Source of the DNA: Candidatus Multivoradales bacterium
GTDB taxonomy: Bacteria > Acidobacteriota > Thermoanaerobaculia > Multivoradales > JAHEKO01
NCBI GenBank assembly: GCA_965223855.1
Contig: CBDCXM010000009.1
Coordinates: 3,162,006-3,226,005, forward strand
Length of the DNA stretch: 64,000 bases
Direction: 5' to 3'
In this document: in pieces, positions 62,580 to 64,000 of the stretch
Numbering within the stretch: the stretch's first letter is position 1
Layout of the letters: each line of letters starts with the position of its first letter
Position numbers and translations under genes: made by a program
The notes under the pieces: model-generated
The model's input: only the letters and a program-made list of their open reading frames with translations
The model's database searches: none
Told to the model about the DNA's origin: nothing

Positions 62580-64000
62580 ATGGCGACACAGACTCCCGAG
62601 TTCCGTCTCGAAGAGGCACTACAGCAAGCGGCGCGAGAGCGCGACATCGATCTGGATCGCTGGATCTCGGCGCTCGAGGACGCGATGGCGTCGGCGGCCA
62701 AGAAGCAGCATCGGATCAAGGCGCCGGTGCGCGCCGACTTCGATCGCGAGAACGGCACGTTCTCGGCGTTCATCGTCAAGCAGGTCGTCGAGGAGGTCGA
62801 GGACCCGCAGGCGGAGTGGACGCTCGAGGAAGCTCAGGATCACGATCCGGAAGCCGAGATCGGCACCGAGATCCTGATCCCGGTCTCCACCGAGGGGCTC
62901 GGCCGCATCGCCGCGCAGTCGGCCAAGCAGGTCCTCTACCAGAGGATTCGCGAGGCGGAGCGCGAGAAGGTCTATAACGAGTTCATCGATCGCGTCGGCG
63001 AAGTCGTCAACGGGACGGTCAAGCGCTTCGAGCGCGGCGACATCATCGTCGACCTCGGGCGCACCGAGGCGATCGTTCCTCGCAGCGAGCAGTCGCGCCA
63101 CGAGCGCTACAGCCAGGGTGAGCGGATTCGTGCGGTGATCGCCGACGTCCACACTCAGCCGAAGGGACCGCAGGTAATCCTCTCGCGCACCGACCCGCGG
63201 TTGCTCGTCAAGCTGTTCGAGATGGAGGTGCCGGAGATCTACGACGGCACGGTGCAGATCAAGGCTGCGGTGCGGGCGCCGGGCGAGCGAGCCAAGGTCG
63301 CCGTCTTCAGCCGCGAGCGGGACGTCGATCCGGTCGGCGCCTGCGTCGGCATGAAGGGCTCCCGGGTGCAATCGATCATCCGCGAGCTGCGCGGCGAGAA
63401 GATCGACATCATCGAGTACTCGGACGACCTGGTCACCTTCGCGCAGAGTTCGCTCGCGCCGGCGCGCATCACCCGCGTGTCGGTCACGAGCCAGGGTGAA
63501 GAGCCTCACCTCGACGTCATCGTCGAGGACGAGCAGCTCTCGCTCGCGATCGGCAAGCGGGGGCACAACGTCCGCCTCGCCTCCGAGCTGCTGGGCGCAA
63601 GGATCGACATCAAGAGCGAGAGCGACGTCAAGGGCGAGGTCGCCGATGCTCTGGCCGAGATGCTGTCGACCGCGATGGCCGAGGAGCCTGCAGAGAGCGA
63701 GAGCGTCGAGTTCCGGCTCACCGATGCCCCCGGCGTCGGAGCCAAGCTCGCCGAGAAGCTCGACGAGGAGGGCTACGGCACCCTCGAAGCCCTCGCCGCA
63801 GCCGACCCGGACACACTCGAGCAGGTCGAGGGCGTCGGCGGCAAGACGGCGCAGGCGATCGTCGCCTGGGCGATCGATCTCCAGCAGCGAGGCGCTGTGA
63901 CGCCGCCCGAGGCAGAGCCCGAAGAGGCGGAAGAGGTCGCAACGGAAGAAGCGGGTTTCGCCGACACAGACTTCATGGCCGCCCTCAGCAGGGCGTTCCA
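62580..64000 (+). CDS. nusA: Transcription termination factor NusA (runs off the window end)
   Basis: Manual translation: GRIAAQSAKQVL, SRTDPRLLVKLFEMEVPEI, DPVGACVGMKGSRVQ, SLAIGKRGHNVRLA. Confidence 0.97.
   Translation, partial: MATQTPEFRLEEALQQAARERDIDLDRWISALEDAMASAAKKQHRIKAPVRADFDRENGTFSAFIVKQVVEEVEDPQAEWTLEEAQDHDPEAEIGTEILIPVSTEGLGRIAAQSAKQVLYQRIREAEREKVYNEFIDRVGEVVNGTVKRFERGDIIVDLGRTEAIVPRSEQSRHERYSQGERIRAVIADVHTQPKGPQVILSRTDPRLLVKLFEMEVPEIYDGTVQIKAAVRAPGERAKVAVFSRERDVDPVGACVGMKGSRVQSIIRELRGEKIDIIEYSDDLVTFAQSSLAPARITRVSVTSQGEEPHLDVIVEDEQLSLAIGKRGHNVRLASELLGARIDIKSESDVKGEVADALAEMLSTAMAEEPAESESVEFRLTDAPGVGAKLAEKLDEEGYGTLEALAAADPDTLEQVEGVGGKTAQAIVAWAIDLQQRGAVTPPEAEPEEAEEVATEEAGFADTDFMAALSRAF

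Overview
GC-rich bacterial window. The gene content and the repeated C-terminal IFxDGFESG tag suggest Acidobacteriota (Thermoanaerobaculia-like); this is inference. 1-16 kb is an accessory region of mostly secreted or small proteins: Oar-type TonB receptor, SatD operon, FMN reductase, ring-cleaving dioxygenase, SGNH hydrolase, NhaA, cytochrome c and NTF2-like proteins. About 16.1-25.4 kb is an island ending at the 3' end of tRNA-Pro(GGG). It carries two full copies and one truncated copy of a ~1.2 kb Y1/HUH (RAYT-like) transposase element, with short terminal inverted repeats (GAAGTGCCA...TGGCACCTC), stuttered end repeats and a conserved ~230 nt 3' non-coding segment. It also carries a WD40 gene between the two full copies, a lower-GC SIR2-family gene and a HicB-like mini-ORF. 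27-64 kb is core housekeeping: merR-like, IHF/HU, der, rnr, tRNA-Leu, rex, rsmD, CCA-adding enzyme family, dnaE, pgsA-like, hfq, miaA, comEC, birA, valS, acyl-CoA dehydrogenases, a sigma-54 response regulator, PAS-GGDEF-EAL, a DegP/DegQ protease, rimP and nusA. Three single-base frameshifts at 29.2-31.3 kb are probably assembly errors. The best candidates for undescribed biology are the TIR-bounded HUH element with a putative 3' RNA, the IFxDGFESGDxSAWS putative sorting tag (four copies), and the SatD nucleotide-cyclase-like operon. All calls were made by eye; no searches were run.
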